From the NCBI GenBank assembly GCA_948579355.1, contig CAPAOV010000003.1:72693-136692 (forward strand): a stretch of 64,000 bases of DNA. Direction: 5' to 3'. The position numbers and the translations under genes are program-made. Source of the DNA: an uncultured Eubacterium sp. (GTDB taxonomy: Bacteria > Bacillota > Clostridia > Lachnospirales > Lachnospiraceae). Each line of letters begins with the position of its first letter. The first letter of the stretch is position 1. Of this stretch, positions 26,804-36,017 are shown piece after piece. Under the pieces are notes generated by a model. The model saw only the letters and a list, made by a program, of their open reading frames with translations. It did no database searches and was not told the DNA's origin.

Positions 26804-27255
26804 GCGGGTATCATGCGGTATCTTATCCGGTATCCACTCCCAACGAAAAATACATTGCTTCTTTTGTTTACAGAAACCTTTCGCCGCCCCCTCGCAAAAC
26901 TCGCTATCCGCTGTCGTTTTTCCTGACTTTTGCAGCATTGACCGCTCGCCGGTTCTTATACACCACCGTTTGTTACTAATTACTGCGGGTGGCACCAAAG
27001 GTGCCGTTTCGTGGAAGAAAGAAGCGGAAAACAAATTTATTCATTTTCGGCTTCTTTCTTCCACGAACAGATGCTTCGCATCTGCCCGCAGTAAAAACGC
27101 AATCGTTCTGGTGGTGCATTACAAACGGGCTGCCAAAAGTCAGAAAAAACGACAGCAGACATCTCAGACAATTGCTCGGGCGGCGTTCTGTAAACAAAAG
27201 AAACAATAATTTTTCGGGGAGTGATACAAGGACAACGATACCGTATGATACCCGC
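26804..27255. ncRNA. 452-nt imperfect fold-back (long inverted repeat). Candidate large structured RNA, or a foldback DNA element. Strand unknown.
   Basis: Arms 26804-27031 and 27044-27255 pair through perfect blocks of 7-23 bp, e.g. 26859-26875 with 27186-27202 and 27010-27025 with 27050-27065. These are separated by unrelated segments. Overlapping ORFs on both strands are artefacts. Confidence 0.5.
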
Positions 27256-27322
27256 GCAGTGCACAAATTTCGATAGACAAATGATTAAGCGATTGCCCTA
27301 ACCTGAGAACAAAAAATGAATC

Positions 27323-27354
27323 AAAAAAAGAACCGCAAATCAAATTGCAGTTCT
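27323..27354 (-). terminator. Rho-independent terminator ending the tRNA-Gly transcription unit
   Basis: On the minus strand: GAACTGCAATTTGATTTGCGGTTC hairpin followed by TTTTTTT. Confidence 0.65.
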
Positions 27355-27608
27355 ATATAAAAAAACGGCGACTGAAAATTGCTCCGCGCAGGACAATCTT
27401 TCTTATAAAGATTTAGGTGTCAAAAACCCTTTCTTGTTAAAAGAAATGACAATATGCCAATCCATTAAGAAATAAGGGGCTTTTGACACCCGAATCCTAT
27501 AAACCACGAGCGTCACGCTTCGCGAGACTGCTCGGGTTCGCGGGCGCGCTCGGATAGTCTTGTGCAAGCACAGACATATCCTCACTTTGCCTCCGCGTAA
27601 ATAAAAAA
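27355..27608 (-). ncRNA. Unassigned GC-rich structured segment co-transcribed downstream of tRNA-Gly
   Basis: Lies between the tRNA 3' end and the terminator. It has helices 27416-27429/27477-27490, an imperfect hairpin at 27552-27581 and nested CGAGCG/CGCTCG stems. No credible ORF. Confidence 0.4.
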
Positions 27609-27681
<73 letters not shown>

Positions 27682-27701
27682 ATTTGTTAAACACAAGTGC
27701 T

Positions 27702-27730
27702 ATTATACTCAAAAAGCGTCTCCCTGTCAA
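27702..27730 (-). promoter_or_regulatory. Consensus promoter of tRNA-Gly, overlapping the maf stop codon
   Basis: On the minus strand: TTGACA, 17 nt, TATAAT. The -10 ends about 20 nt before the tRNA 5' end. Confidence 0.7.
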
Positions 27731-28305
27731 GTTCTTTTTGCAAAATCTTTTAATGCCTCATATAAAGCATGTACAGGCAGGCCGACAACAGTAAAATAAT
27801 CTCCCTCCACTCCCTCGATATACTTGGCAAACAGTCCCTGTATACCATAACCGCCCGCCTTGTCATAAGGTTCTTCCGTCCGGATATACTCCTCCACTTC
27901 CTCTTCCGTCATGGGAGCTACGTTTACTTTCGTACCTGTGTGAAAACAGAGAGAATGCCCCCTGTCTGCCGAATCGACAAGACAGACACCAGTATATACC
28001 ATATGGCTGCGAGCCTGAAGCATCGTAATCATCGCTCTGGCATCCGCCCTGTCTTTCGGTTTCCCCAAAATTTTACCGTCTGCGGCCACTACCGTGTCCG
28101 CTCCGATAACAATACCATGGTCAAGTAAATCTGCCACTGCCGCCGCCTTTTGGCAGGCCAGTTCTTCCGTCACTTTTGCCGGATTCGTACTTGTAATTAT
28201 CTCCTCTTCTTCCGACACGATAACTTCAAACGGAAGTCCCAACAGTTGCAGCAATTCTTTTCTTCTGGGAGATTTTGACGCCAATACAAGACGCAGTTGT
28301 TTCAT
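27727..28305 (-). CDS. maf: Maf-family nucleoside triphosphate pyrophosphatase (septum formation protein)
   Basis: LASKSPRRKELL...GADTVV...GKP...GGYGIQG motifs. Confidence 0.92.
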   Translation of the reverse strand: MKQLRLVLASKSPRRKELLQLLGLPFEVIVSEEEEIITSTNPAKVTEELACQKAAAVADLLDHGIVIGADTVVAADGKILGKPKDRADARAMITMLQARSHMVYTGVCLVDSADRGHSLCFHTGTKVNVAPMTEEEVEEYIRTEEPYDKAGGYGIQGLFAKYIEGVEGDYFTVVGLPVHALYEALKDFAKRT

Positions 28306-28347
28306 AACCGCCCTCCCTGCAAATATTATAAAAATACAATTCCGCTA

Positions 28348-31300
28348 TCATTTAAAATAATTTACGCCGCTTGCAAAAATCTTTTGGTCTTGTTGCCCGT
28401 AAATATTGATAGCTACACCATCGCCACGTCGCTCGGAATGCGCCATCTTGCCAAGAACACGTCCGTCCGGACTTGTAATACCCTCGATGGCACAGTAGGA
28501 GCCATTCGGATTGAAATCTTCATCCATCGTCGGATTTCCATCAATATCTACATACTGCGTAGCAACCTGTCCATTCTCAAAAAGTTTCTTGAGCCATTCA
28601 TCATTCGCTACAAAACGGCCCTCTCCGTGAGATGCCGGTATAGCGTAGACACCGCCAAGCTCCGCCTCTTGCAGCCATGGCGATTTATTCGTTACCACTT
28701 TCGTATACACGGACTTGGAAATATGACGGCCAATGCTATTCGTTGTCAACGTCGGAGAATCCGCCGTCTGGGTAGTTATTTTGCCATATGGCACAAGTCC
28801 AAGTTTGACAAGAGCCTGAAAACCGTTGCAGATACCAAGCACCAAACCGTCCCTCTTATCAAGAAGTTCGTGTACGGCATCCTGTATTTTCTCGTTGCGG
28901 AATACCGATGTAATAAACTTCGCTGAGCCATCCGGCTCATCTCCGGCGCTGAAACCACCGGAAAACATAAGAATCTGCGATTCGCGAATCACCTTTTCAA
29001 AGGCGTCTACACTATCAGTAATGTTTTGTTCCGTCATATTGCAGAAGACAACGCTTTCTGTGTCTGCTCCCGCCTCCTGAAAGGAAATGGTCGTATCATA
29101 TTCACAGTTTGTCCCCGGAAATACCGGTATAAATACTTTCGGTCTTGCCACTTTGTGCTTACATACATAGATTTCTTTTGTCTCGTATGTTCCCGTATCT
29201 ATTTTTCGCTGTTCGACACCAGAGCGCGTCGGGAATACTTTCTCCAACGTTCCCGTCCATGCCTCTAATGCCTCTTCCAGAGAAATCACTTCTTCGTCAC
29301 AGACAAATTGCGGCTCCGCAAGAACTTTACCGAATTTTTCATATGCGATTCCCATTTCATCCAATAAAGATAAGTCTTCTTCGTTTATCTCCGCCACAAT
29401 CTCACCGTAAGCAGGGGTAAAGAAAAATTCTTTCGGACGGTGTTTACAGAATTTAGCGCCAAACTTATTGCCAAACGCCATTTTGGCAACCGCTTCTGCT
29501 ATTCCGTTGCCATCCAGCGCCTGTGCCGAGAGAATCACACCATCGCGCATTAATTTTAAAATCTTATCATACTGCTCCATAATAAATGCGAAATCCGGTA
29601 AATCATAGTCATCCCTTTTTATGTTAAATTTAACAAGCCGGCTGCCCGCTTTCTTAAATTCATTTGTAATTACATCTTTTACCTTGGCAACAGCAACGGC
29701 AAAGGAGCACAACGTAGGCGGTACATCAATGTCGTTAAATGTACCGGACATGCTGTCTTTCCCGCCAATGGATGGAAGTCCGAGCTTCATCTGCGCATCA
29801 AACGCCCCCAGAAGAGCCGCCATCGGTTCACCCCAGCGTTGCGAATCTTCTGTCATCCGCTTGAAGTATTCCTGAAAAGTAAAACGTATCTTCCGGTAGT
29901 CCCCTCCGGCTGCTACAATCTTGGCAACAGAAGTTAATACCGCATATTCTGCTCCGTGATAAGGACTCCAGCTCATTAGATATGAATCCATGCCATAACT
30001 CATCATCGTAACCGTATCGCATTTGCCCTCAAGAACAGGCAGTTTGGCAATCATTGTCTGTGTCGGCGTCAACTGATATTTTCCGCCATAAGGCATATTT
30101 ACGGTACAGGCTCCGATAGAGCTGTCGAACATCTCTACCAGTCCTTTCTTGGAACAGACATTCAAATCTGCCAGTTTGTTCAAAAATGCCTCTTTGAAAC
30201 TATCCGCCTTATCTACCTGCTGTAAATAATTGTCCTCTTTTTTCGGACTCACTACCTGTACGTCGGTCTCCTGATGAGCGCCGTTAGTATCCAAAAATGC
30301 ACGGGAAATATTTACGATTTCCTTTCCCCGCCATTTCAAAACCAGACGCGGTTCTCTGGTGACCGTTGCCACACATACCGCCTCCAGATTTTCTTCTTCC
30401 GCATACGCCAGCATTTGTTCAACATCTTTGGAGTCGACGACAATTGCCATTCTCTCCTGCGACTCGGAAATTGCCAGTTCCGTTCCATCCAGACCGGCAT
30501 ATTTCTTCGGCACCTTGTCAAGGTCGACAATTAAACCGTCTGCCAATTCACCAATCGCCACCGATACACCGCCGGCGCCAAAATCATTACACTTTTTAAT
30601 CAGGCTGCTGACTTCTCTCCGACGGAACAAACGCTGAATCTTACGCTCTGTCGGCGCATTTCCTTTCTGTACTTCCGCGCCGCACGTATCTATTGATTCG
30701 GTATTGTGCGCTTTGGAAGAGCCAGTCGCCCCTCCGCAACCGTCACGTCCGGTTCGTCCGCCAAGTAATATAATGATATCACCCGCATCCGAATTTTCGC
30801 GGATTACATTTTTTCTCGGCGCCGCACCCATGACAGCGCCAATCTCCAAACGTTTTGCCACATAATTCGGATGGTAAACTTCATCGACAAGTCCGGTTGC
30901 CAGACCAATCTGGTTTCCATAAGAACTGTAACCCTGAGCAGCCCCTGTGACAATTTTTCTCTGGGCCAGTTTGCCCTCCATCGTATCTTTCAATGATTTT
31001 GTCGGGTCTGCTGCTCCAGTCACCCGCATCGCCTGATAGACATAACCGCGGCCGGAAAGCGGGTCGCGAATCGCCCCGCCAAGGCAGGTGGCTGCACCAC
31101 CAAAAGGCTCAATCTCCGTCGGATGATTGTGCGTCTCATTTTTAAAGAATACAAGCCATTCCTCCTCCTGCGGCCCATTTCCATAATCAATCTCAACGGG
31201 CACAACAATCGAGCAGGCATTAATTTCATCCGACTCTTCCATATCATCAAGTTTCCCCTCCGCACGAAGCTTTTTCATGCCAAGAAGGGCAATATCCATC

Positions 31301-32124
31301 AACGAGACAAACTTGTCCTCTCTTCCTTTATACATCTCATCGTGAATCGCTTTGTATTCCCGATATGTTTTCTCTATCGGCTCTTTGTAATCACCGTCCA
31401 AAAACGTAACGTTTTTTAATTCGGTAAGAAATGTCGTATGGCGGCAATGGTCTGACCAATATGTGTCAAGCACACGGATTTCCGTCATCGACGGGTCTCT
31501 GTCTTCCTCCGTTTGAAAATAATTCTGAATGTGGAGGAAATCTTTAAAAGTCATGGCAAGTCCAAGAGAAGAATATAATTTTTCTAATTCGTCTTCCGGC
31601 ATATCTTTGAAGCCATCAAAGATTTTCACATCTTCCGGCTCATCAAACTTCGTCACCAGCGTTTCCGGTACTACCTCATCGGTTTCCCGCGAATCTACCG
31701 GATTAATACAATATGATTTAATTCGTTCAAAATCTGCGTCGGAAATCTGCCCGCTGAGAACATAAGTCGTGGCAGAACGGATAATCGGTTCTTCTTTTTC
31801 ATTTAACAGCTTCACGCACTGTTCCGCTGAATCGGCACGCTGGTCAAACTGTCCCGGCAGATATTCTACCGAAAACACTCTGTCTTCTTCTTTCTTTTTG
31901 AAATCACCCTCGTACACATCATCTACCGGTGGCTCCGAGAACACGGTAACTAATGCTTTTTCATAAGAAGAATCCGTAATTGATTCCACATCATACCGGA
32001 TTAGAATGCGGACATCATCCAATGTCTCAATGTTCAGATAATTCTTTAATTCCTGCTTGAGCTCCTTTGCATGTACGGCATAAGGGGCTTTCTTCTCCAC
32101 ATAAATACGTCTTACGTTTGCCAT
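28348..32124 (-). CDS. purL: Phosphoribosylformylglycinamidine synthase, single-chain large form
   Basis: About 1258 aa with FGAM synthetase N-, central AIR-synthase-like and C-terminal glutaminase (GICNGFQ) regions. ATG at 32124 lies behind GGAAGGAG. Confidence 0.93.
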   Translation of the reverse strand: MANVRRIYVEKKAPYAVHAKELKQELKNYLNIETLDDVRILIRYDVESITDSSYEKALVTVFSEPPVDDVYEGDFKKKEEDRVFSVEYLPGQFDQRADSAEQCVKLLNEKEEPIIRSATTYVLSGQISDADFERIKSYCINPVDSRETDEVVPETLVTKFDEPEDVKIFDGFKDMPEDELEKLYSSLGLAMTFKDFLHIQNYFQTEEDRDPSMTEIRVLDTYWSDHCRHTTFLTELKNVTFLDGDYKEPIEKTYREYKAIHDEMYKGREDKFVSLMDIALLGMKKLRAEGKLDDMEESDEINACSIVVPVEIDYGNGPQEEEWLVFFKNETHNHPTEIEPFGGAATCLGGAIRDPLSGRGYVYQAMRVTGAADPTKSLKDTMEGKLAQRKIVTGAAQGYSSYGNQIGLATGLVDEVYHPNYVAKRLEIGAVMGAAPRKNVIRENSDAGDIIILLGGRTGRDGCGGATGSSKAHNTESIDTCGAEVQKGNAPTERKIQRLFRRREVSSLIKKCNDFGAGGVSVAIGELADGLIVDLDKVPKKYAGLDGTELAISESQERMAIVVDSKDVEQMLAYAEEENLEAVCVATVTREPRLVLKWRGKEIVNISRAFLDTNGAHQETDVQVVSPKKEDNYLQQVDKADSFKEAFLNKLADLNVCSKKGLVEMFDSSIGACTVNMPYGGKYQLTPTQTMIAKLPVLEGKCDTVTMMSYGMDSYLMSWSPYHGAEYAVLTSVAKIVAAGGDYRKIRFTFQEYFKRMTEDSQRWGEPMAALLGAFDAQMKLGLPSIGGKDSMSGTFNDIDVPPTLCSFAVAVAKVKDVITNEFKKAGSRLVKFNIKRDDYDLPDFAFIMEQYDKILKLMRDGVILSAQALDGNGIAEAVAKMAFGNKFGAKFCKHRPKEFFFTPAYGEIVAEINEEDLSLLDEMGIAYEKFGKVLAEPQFVCDEEVISLEEALEAWTGTLEKVFPTRSGVEQRKIDTGTYETKEIYVCKHKVARPKVFIPVFPGTNCEYDTTISFQEAGADTESVVFCNMTEQNITDSVDAFEKVIRESQILMFSGGFSAGDEPDGSAKFITSVFRNEKIQDAVHELLDKRDGLVLGICNGFQALVKLGLVPYGKITTQTADSPTLTTNSIGRHISKSVYTKVVTNKSPWLQEAELGGVYAIPASHGEGRFVANDEWLKKLFENGQVATQYVDIDGNPTMDEDFNPNGSYCAIEGITSPDGRVLGKMAHSERRGDGVAINIYGQQDQKIFASGVNYFK

Positions 32125-32172
32125 GCTTTTCTCCTTCCATTTCCTGTCCGTCATAGCAGCGATGATTCATTC

Positions 32173-33348
32173 TTATTGGGCAACACTGTCATCATAGGTC
32201 ATTGATCCCAATGCCACACGTCCTTTCCAGAATGGCTGAATCTCCGTTGTATACTGTCCCTTAATAGTATTCGCATACTGCTTATCAAACTGATTCGTCT
32301 GCTCCTGCTCCACAACCGTCTTGCACTGGTTATCATACGCTTTCGGATCATTGTTGTTCACCATCTTAATTACATAATAACCGTCTTTCGTCTCAAGGAC
32401 ATCCGAGATATCACCATTTTTCATTTTCTTTACTGTTTTCAATGTCTTCGCATCAAGAAAATCTGTATCCGTTTCAATCAAATCTTTCGTTGCATAAGAG
32501 ATACCGGTCTTCTCGTCCGTGCTGCTGCCCTCTTTCAACTCAATGACATCTTTTGTAAAATCCTTTGCCTGAGCGGCTTTCTTCTGAACCTCTTTCATGT
32601 CTTTCAAAGCCTTTTCCAGAACGCTCTTATCCTTTTCTTTTGACTCATTTTTTGCATCTGTCTCTGTCTTGGCAAAAGTATAATACTGCAATGTATACTG
32701 ACGGTAATCTTCTTTGCTTACTGTCTTTTTCAGAGCTTCTTCATCAATATTCAGTCCGCTAATAACTGATTTCTTATACTTTTCACCTAATTCTCTCTTT
32801 TCAAAAACGGCAGTCACAGTCGCCTCATCCAGACCTTTCATTTTCTTCTGCTTGTCCGTCAGATTTTGTCTTGCCGACTGCACATCCTTTTTAATTGTTT
32901 CCTTTTCCTTATCCGTCAGCGACATATTCTCTTTTAATGCACACATATAGAGAATTTCTCTCTTTTTCAGCTCATCCATAATCGTCTTCTTGTATGTGTC
33001 TGCATAAGTATCACCGTTATCCGTTGTATCTTCCCAATCAAAACTCATGCCGTAAGCAGCATACATATCTGCCATTGCCTCGGTCTGATATATATCATAC
33101 ATTGTTTCTGCCAGGTTGACACTGTTGGTAACTTCCTTACCATCCTTTGCCGGTCCCTTTACGGTCAGGACGATGCGCGGGCGCAACTGCGTATAGCATA
33201 CGACAAAGATTCCTGCCAAAATAGCAAGTATACCGACAATTACAAGGATTTTGTTTTTGTTATCAAACAGGGAGGTATTTTTTCCCTTTCCTCTTTCCTC
33301 TCCGGAACCCATTCCATTATTCTTAATGATTTTTTTCGCACTGTTCAT
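32173..33348 (-). CDS. Membrane-anchored parvulin-type peptidyl-prolyl isomerase (PrsA/SurA-like)
   Basis: N-terminal TM anchor, SurA_N-like helical region, C-terminal PPIC segment (GDISDVLETKDGYYVIKM). Confidence 0.75.
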   Translation of the reverse strand: MNSAKKIIKNNGMGSGEERGKGKNTSLFDNKNKILVIVGILAILAGIFVVCYTQLRPRIVLTVKGPAKDGKEVTNSVNLAETMYDIYQTEAMADMYAAYGMSFDWEDTTDNGDTYADTYKKTIMDELKKREILYMCALKENMSLTDKEKETIKKDVQSARQNLTDKQKKMKGLDEATVTAVFEKRELGEKYKKSVISGLNIDEEALKKTVSKEDYRQYTLQYYTFAKTETDAKNESKEKDKSVLEKALKDMKEVQKKAAQAKDFTKDVIELKEGSSTDEKTGISYATKDLIETDTDFLDAKTLKTVKKMKNGDISDVLETKDGYYVIKMVNNNDPKAYDNQCKTVVEQEQTNQFDKQYANTIKGQYTTEIQPFWKGRVALGSMTYDDSVAQ

Positions 33349-33481
33349 TTCTTTTCAGCCTCCATTACTTAATTTAAAAACCCAAAATCATTTTGTATTG
33401 TATCATAAATCACTGTACTACGCAATATGAACCATAAACATTTCACAATCGGGAAATTCTCCCGCAGTAATGAAAAAGAGA

Positions 33482-33510
33482 TTGACATTTTGTCAGGAAC
33501 ATGATAAGAT
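33482..33510 (+). promoter_or_regulatory. Promoter of tRNA-Leu
   Basis: TTGACA (33482-33487), 17 nt, TAAGAT (33505-33510). Confidence 0.6.
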
Positions 33511-33521
33511 AACTTTCGCAT

Positions 33522-33605
33522 GCAGGAATGGCGGAATTGGCAGACGCGCACGGTTCAGGTCCGTGTGGTAGCAATACCATGAGGGTTCAAGTCCCTTTTC
33601 CTGCA
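33522..33605 (+). tRNA. tRNA-Leu (anticodon CAG), class II with long variable arm
   Basis: GCAGGAA/TTCCTGC acceptor, CACGG-TTCAGGT-CCGTG anticodon arm, variable arm GGTAGCAATACC, T-arm GGGTTCAAGTCCC. Confidence 0.9.
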
Positions 33606-33674
33606 TTTTTTGTTTTGTGACCGGCAAGCACTTGCCAATACAAAATAAGGAAATAAATTGTTGAGGTGATGACA

Positions 33675-34046
33675 ATGACAATCAATCCCGGAATGCTTCT
33701 CTTTTGTATTTTGGATTCTTGCATTGCCTTTTTTTTCGTCTATTTTATTACCCGCTCCAAATTCGGCGGCGTTAAAAAGACATTGGCAAGGATACTTGCA
33801 TCCATATTGGCAACTCTTGTTTTTATCGTCTATTTTGCCGTTCTGATATGGTTTAACACGGCGCACCGCACCGTATCGCAGGCAGCGCAGAACGTTGTCT
33901 ATGCGGCGCCAATTGTTCTTTCTATTCTTATGACAGTATTGACGCTTCTGTCCCAGCCTCCGAAAAAAGAGGAAACGACAGAAGAAACCGAAGAGTCCGA
34001 GGAGGAAGCAGAAACAACCGCCGCAGACGAAACTCCGGTTTCATAA
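33675..34046 (+). CDS. Small membrane protein with an acidic C-terminal tail
   Basis: Three to four hydrophobic helices, then an E/T-rich tail. GAGGTG RBS. Confidence 0.55.
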   Translation: MTINPGMLLFCILDSCIAFFFVYFITRSKFGGVKKTLARILASILATLVFIVYFAVLIWFNTAHRTVSQAAQNVVYAAPIVLSILMTVLTLLSQPPKKEETTEETEESEEEAETTAADETPVS

Positions 34047-34084
34047 TTAACAAGTATTTTTTATCTTATAGGAAAGACCGCCTG

Positions 34085-34124
34085 CGCGCCGCAAAGAACT
34101 AAAGTTCTCTGCGGCGCGGTTTTC
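34085..34124. terminator. Bidirectional terminator
   Basis: CGCGCCGCAAAGAAC-taaa-GTTCTCTGCGGCGCG (one mismatch) followed by GTTTTC. Confidence 0.65.
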
Positions 34125-34136
34125 AGCCGCTGCTTT

Positions 34137-36017
34137 TTATGCCAGCTCTACAGCTCCTGTATAGAGCTGGTAATACCGTCCCTTTTTCTTCAGTAATTCT
34201 TCGTGAGTTCCCCTCTCGATAATTTCTCCCTGTTCCAAAACCATAATACAGTCGGCATTTCGCACCGTTGACAGCCGGTGAGCAATGACAAACGTCGTCC
34301 GGTTTTTCATCAGACGCTCCATTCCATGTTCAATGTGCCTCTCCGTTCGGGTATCAACCGAGCTGGTTGCCTCGTCGAGAACAAGTATCGGCGCCAAGGA
34401 GATGGCCGCGCGGGCAATGTTGAGAAGCTGACGCTGCCCCTGACTTAAATTCGTGCCGTCGCCCTCTAAAACGGTATCATACCCATCTTCCAGACGCATA
34501 ATGAAAGAATGTGCACTCGCTGTCTTTGCCGCCTGCTCAACTTCTTCATCCGTTGCATCCGGACGTCCATAACGGATATTTTCTCGCACCGTTCCACTGA
34601 ACAGATGCGTATCCTGCAATACCATGGCAATATTTTCACGAAGGCTTCGCTTCTTATATTTTTTCAAATCTACGCCGTCAATTGTAATTTTTCCCTCCTG
34701 AATATCATAAAACCGATTCAGAAGATTTGTTATCGTAGTCTTTCCGGCTCCGGTAGAACCGACAAACGCCACTTTCTGGCCTGCATGGGCATAAAGATTG
34801 ATGTCTTTTAAAATCATCCGATCTTCTTCGTAGCCGAAATTTACATGCTCCATAATAACTTCGCCTTTTACATCATTCATCTCCAGCGAATCTTTTCCAT
34901 CCTCTTCCTCGCATTTCTCGTCCATCAACACAAAGACACGCTCGGCGCCGGCAAGTGCGGAAAAGATAGTATTGACCTGCATAGAAATTTCGTTAATCGG
35001 CCGGCTGAACTGGCGGGAATAACTGACAAATACCGTCAGACCACCAATCGAAAGTCTTCCGGATAAACAGAACAAACCGCCGATAGCCGCAGTCAGACCA
35101 TAGCATACCTGACCGATATTTCCGATAACAGGCCCCATAATACCGCCGAAAAACTGCGCGTGTATCTGCTTATCTCTCAATTTATCGTTCCGTTTCGTAA
35201 AATCTTCAACCGCTTTCTCTTCATGGCAGAATACTTTGACAACTTTCTGTCCGGTTACAATTTCTTCTATATAACCGTTCAGTTCTCCGAGCGCCCGCTG
35301 CTGCTCCCGATAATACTTGGCACTGCGTTTCGCTATACTGCCGCCTGCTTTTACCATGACCGGTATCATTACAATCGTTATCAGCGCCAGCCATATATTA
35401 ATACTTATCATGATGACCATTGTTCCCACAATGCTAATCGCGCCAGAAATCAACTGAATTACCGTATTATTCATCAACTCGCCAATCATATCAATATCAT
35501 TCGTAAAACGGCTCATAATATCACCGGTCGCATTGTTGTCAAAGTACCGTACCGGCATCTCCTGCAAATGATTAAATAAATCCCTGCGTATCGCAATCAG
35601 GGCGCGCTGGGATACGCCAATCATAATACGCTGCTGCAAATAGTTGGCAAGCACACCGACACCGTAAACAAGAAGCATCGTAACGACACTCTTTAACAGC
35701 TTTGCGGTTCCGCCCGCAAGCGCCATCTGCCAATCCCCGCCGCTCTTTCTCAAAACAGCAATTTCTGTGGCAGATTGGCGAATTTGGTCAACAATCGGTT
35801 TTAACAGGTAAGAACCCACCAGTGTGGCGGCGCTGAACAACAATACACATAACAGAGCCAACGCTATCCACCCTTTATCTTTTCCCATATAGAACAGAAG
35901 ACGATGAATGGTTTCTCTTGTATTCTGCGGTTTACCACCCTTTACCGCTCCCCCTCTTCTTCCATGTCCCATTGGCGGAACCGGCTGCTGCTTTGCTTTA
36001 TTCTCTGTCTGACTCAT
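34137..36017 (-). CDS. ABC exporter, fused permease/ATPase (half-transporter B)
   Basis: Six-TM exporter domain plus Walker A GSTGAGKTT, LSQGQRQ, ILVLDEATS. Confidence 0.9.
   Translation of the reverse strand: MSQTENKAKQQPVPPMGHGRRGGAVKGGKPQNTRETIHRLLFYMGKDKGWIALALLCVLLFSAATLVGSYLLKPIVDQIRQSATEIAVLRKSGGDWQMALAGGTAKLLKSVVTMLLVYGVGVLANYLQQRIMIGVSQRALIAIRRDLFNHLQEMPVRYFDNNATGDIMSRFTNDIDMIGELMNNTVIQLISGAISIVGTMVIMISINIWLALITIVMIPVMVKAGGSIAKRSAKYYREQQRALGELNGYIEEIVTGQKVVKVFCHEEKAVEDFTKRNDKLRDKQIHAQFFGGIMGPVIGNIGQVCYGLTAAIGGLFCLSGRLSIGGLTVFVSYSRQFSRPINEISMQVNTIFSALAGAERVFVLMDEKCEEEDGKDSLEMNDVKGEVIMEHVNFGYEEDRMILKDINLYAHAGQKVAFVGSTGAGKTTITNLLNRFYDIQEGKITIDGVDLKKYKKRSLRENIAMVLQDTHLFSGTVRENIRYGRPDATDEEVEQAAKTASAHSFIMRLEDGYDTVLEGDGTNLSQGQRQLLNIARAAISLAPILVLDEATSSVDTRTERHIEHGMERLMKNRTTFVIAHRLSTVRNADCIMVLEQGEIIERGTHEELLKKKGRYYQLYTGAVELA

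Noticed and set aside
26783-27276. Five overlapping 75-140-aa ORFs on both strands (26787-27209+, 26783-27034-, 26976-27266-, 26989-27276+, 27037-27264-).
   Set aside because: They are mirror images generated by the inverted repeat. The arms differ by a 1-nt indel that breaks any common frame. The peptides are low-complexity and have no RBS or protein-like pattern.
27355-27608. Possibility that the tRNA-Gly tail is SRP RNA, tmRNA, RNase P RNA or 6S RNA.
   Set aside because: I could not find the hallmark elements (SRP domain-IV GGAA/AGCA loops, tmRNA tag ORF plus tRNA-like ends, RNase P GAGGAAAGUCC, 6S central-bubble symmetry). It is left as unassigned.
32125-32172. Expectation of a purine riboswitch or leader upstream of purL.
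   Set aside because: The gap to the upstream PPIase gene is under 50 nt, which leaves no room for a riboswitch. purL is probably co-transcribed or uses a promoter inside the upstream gene.
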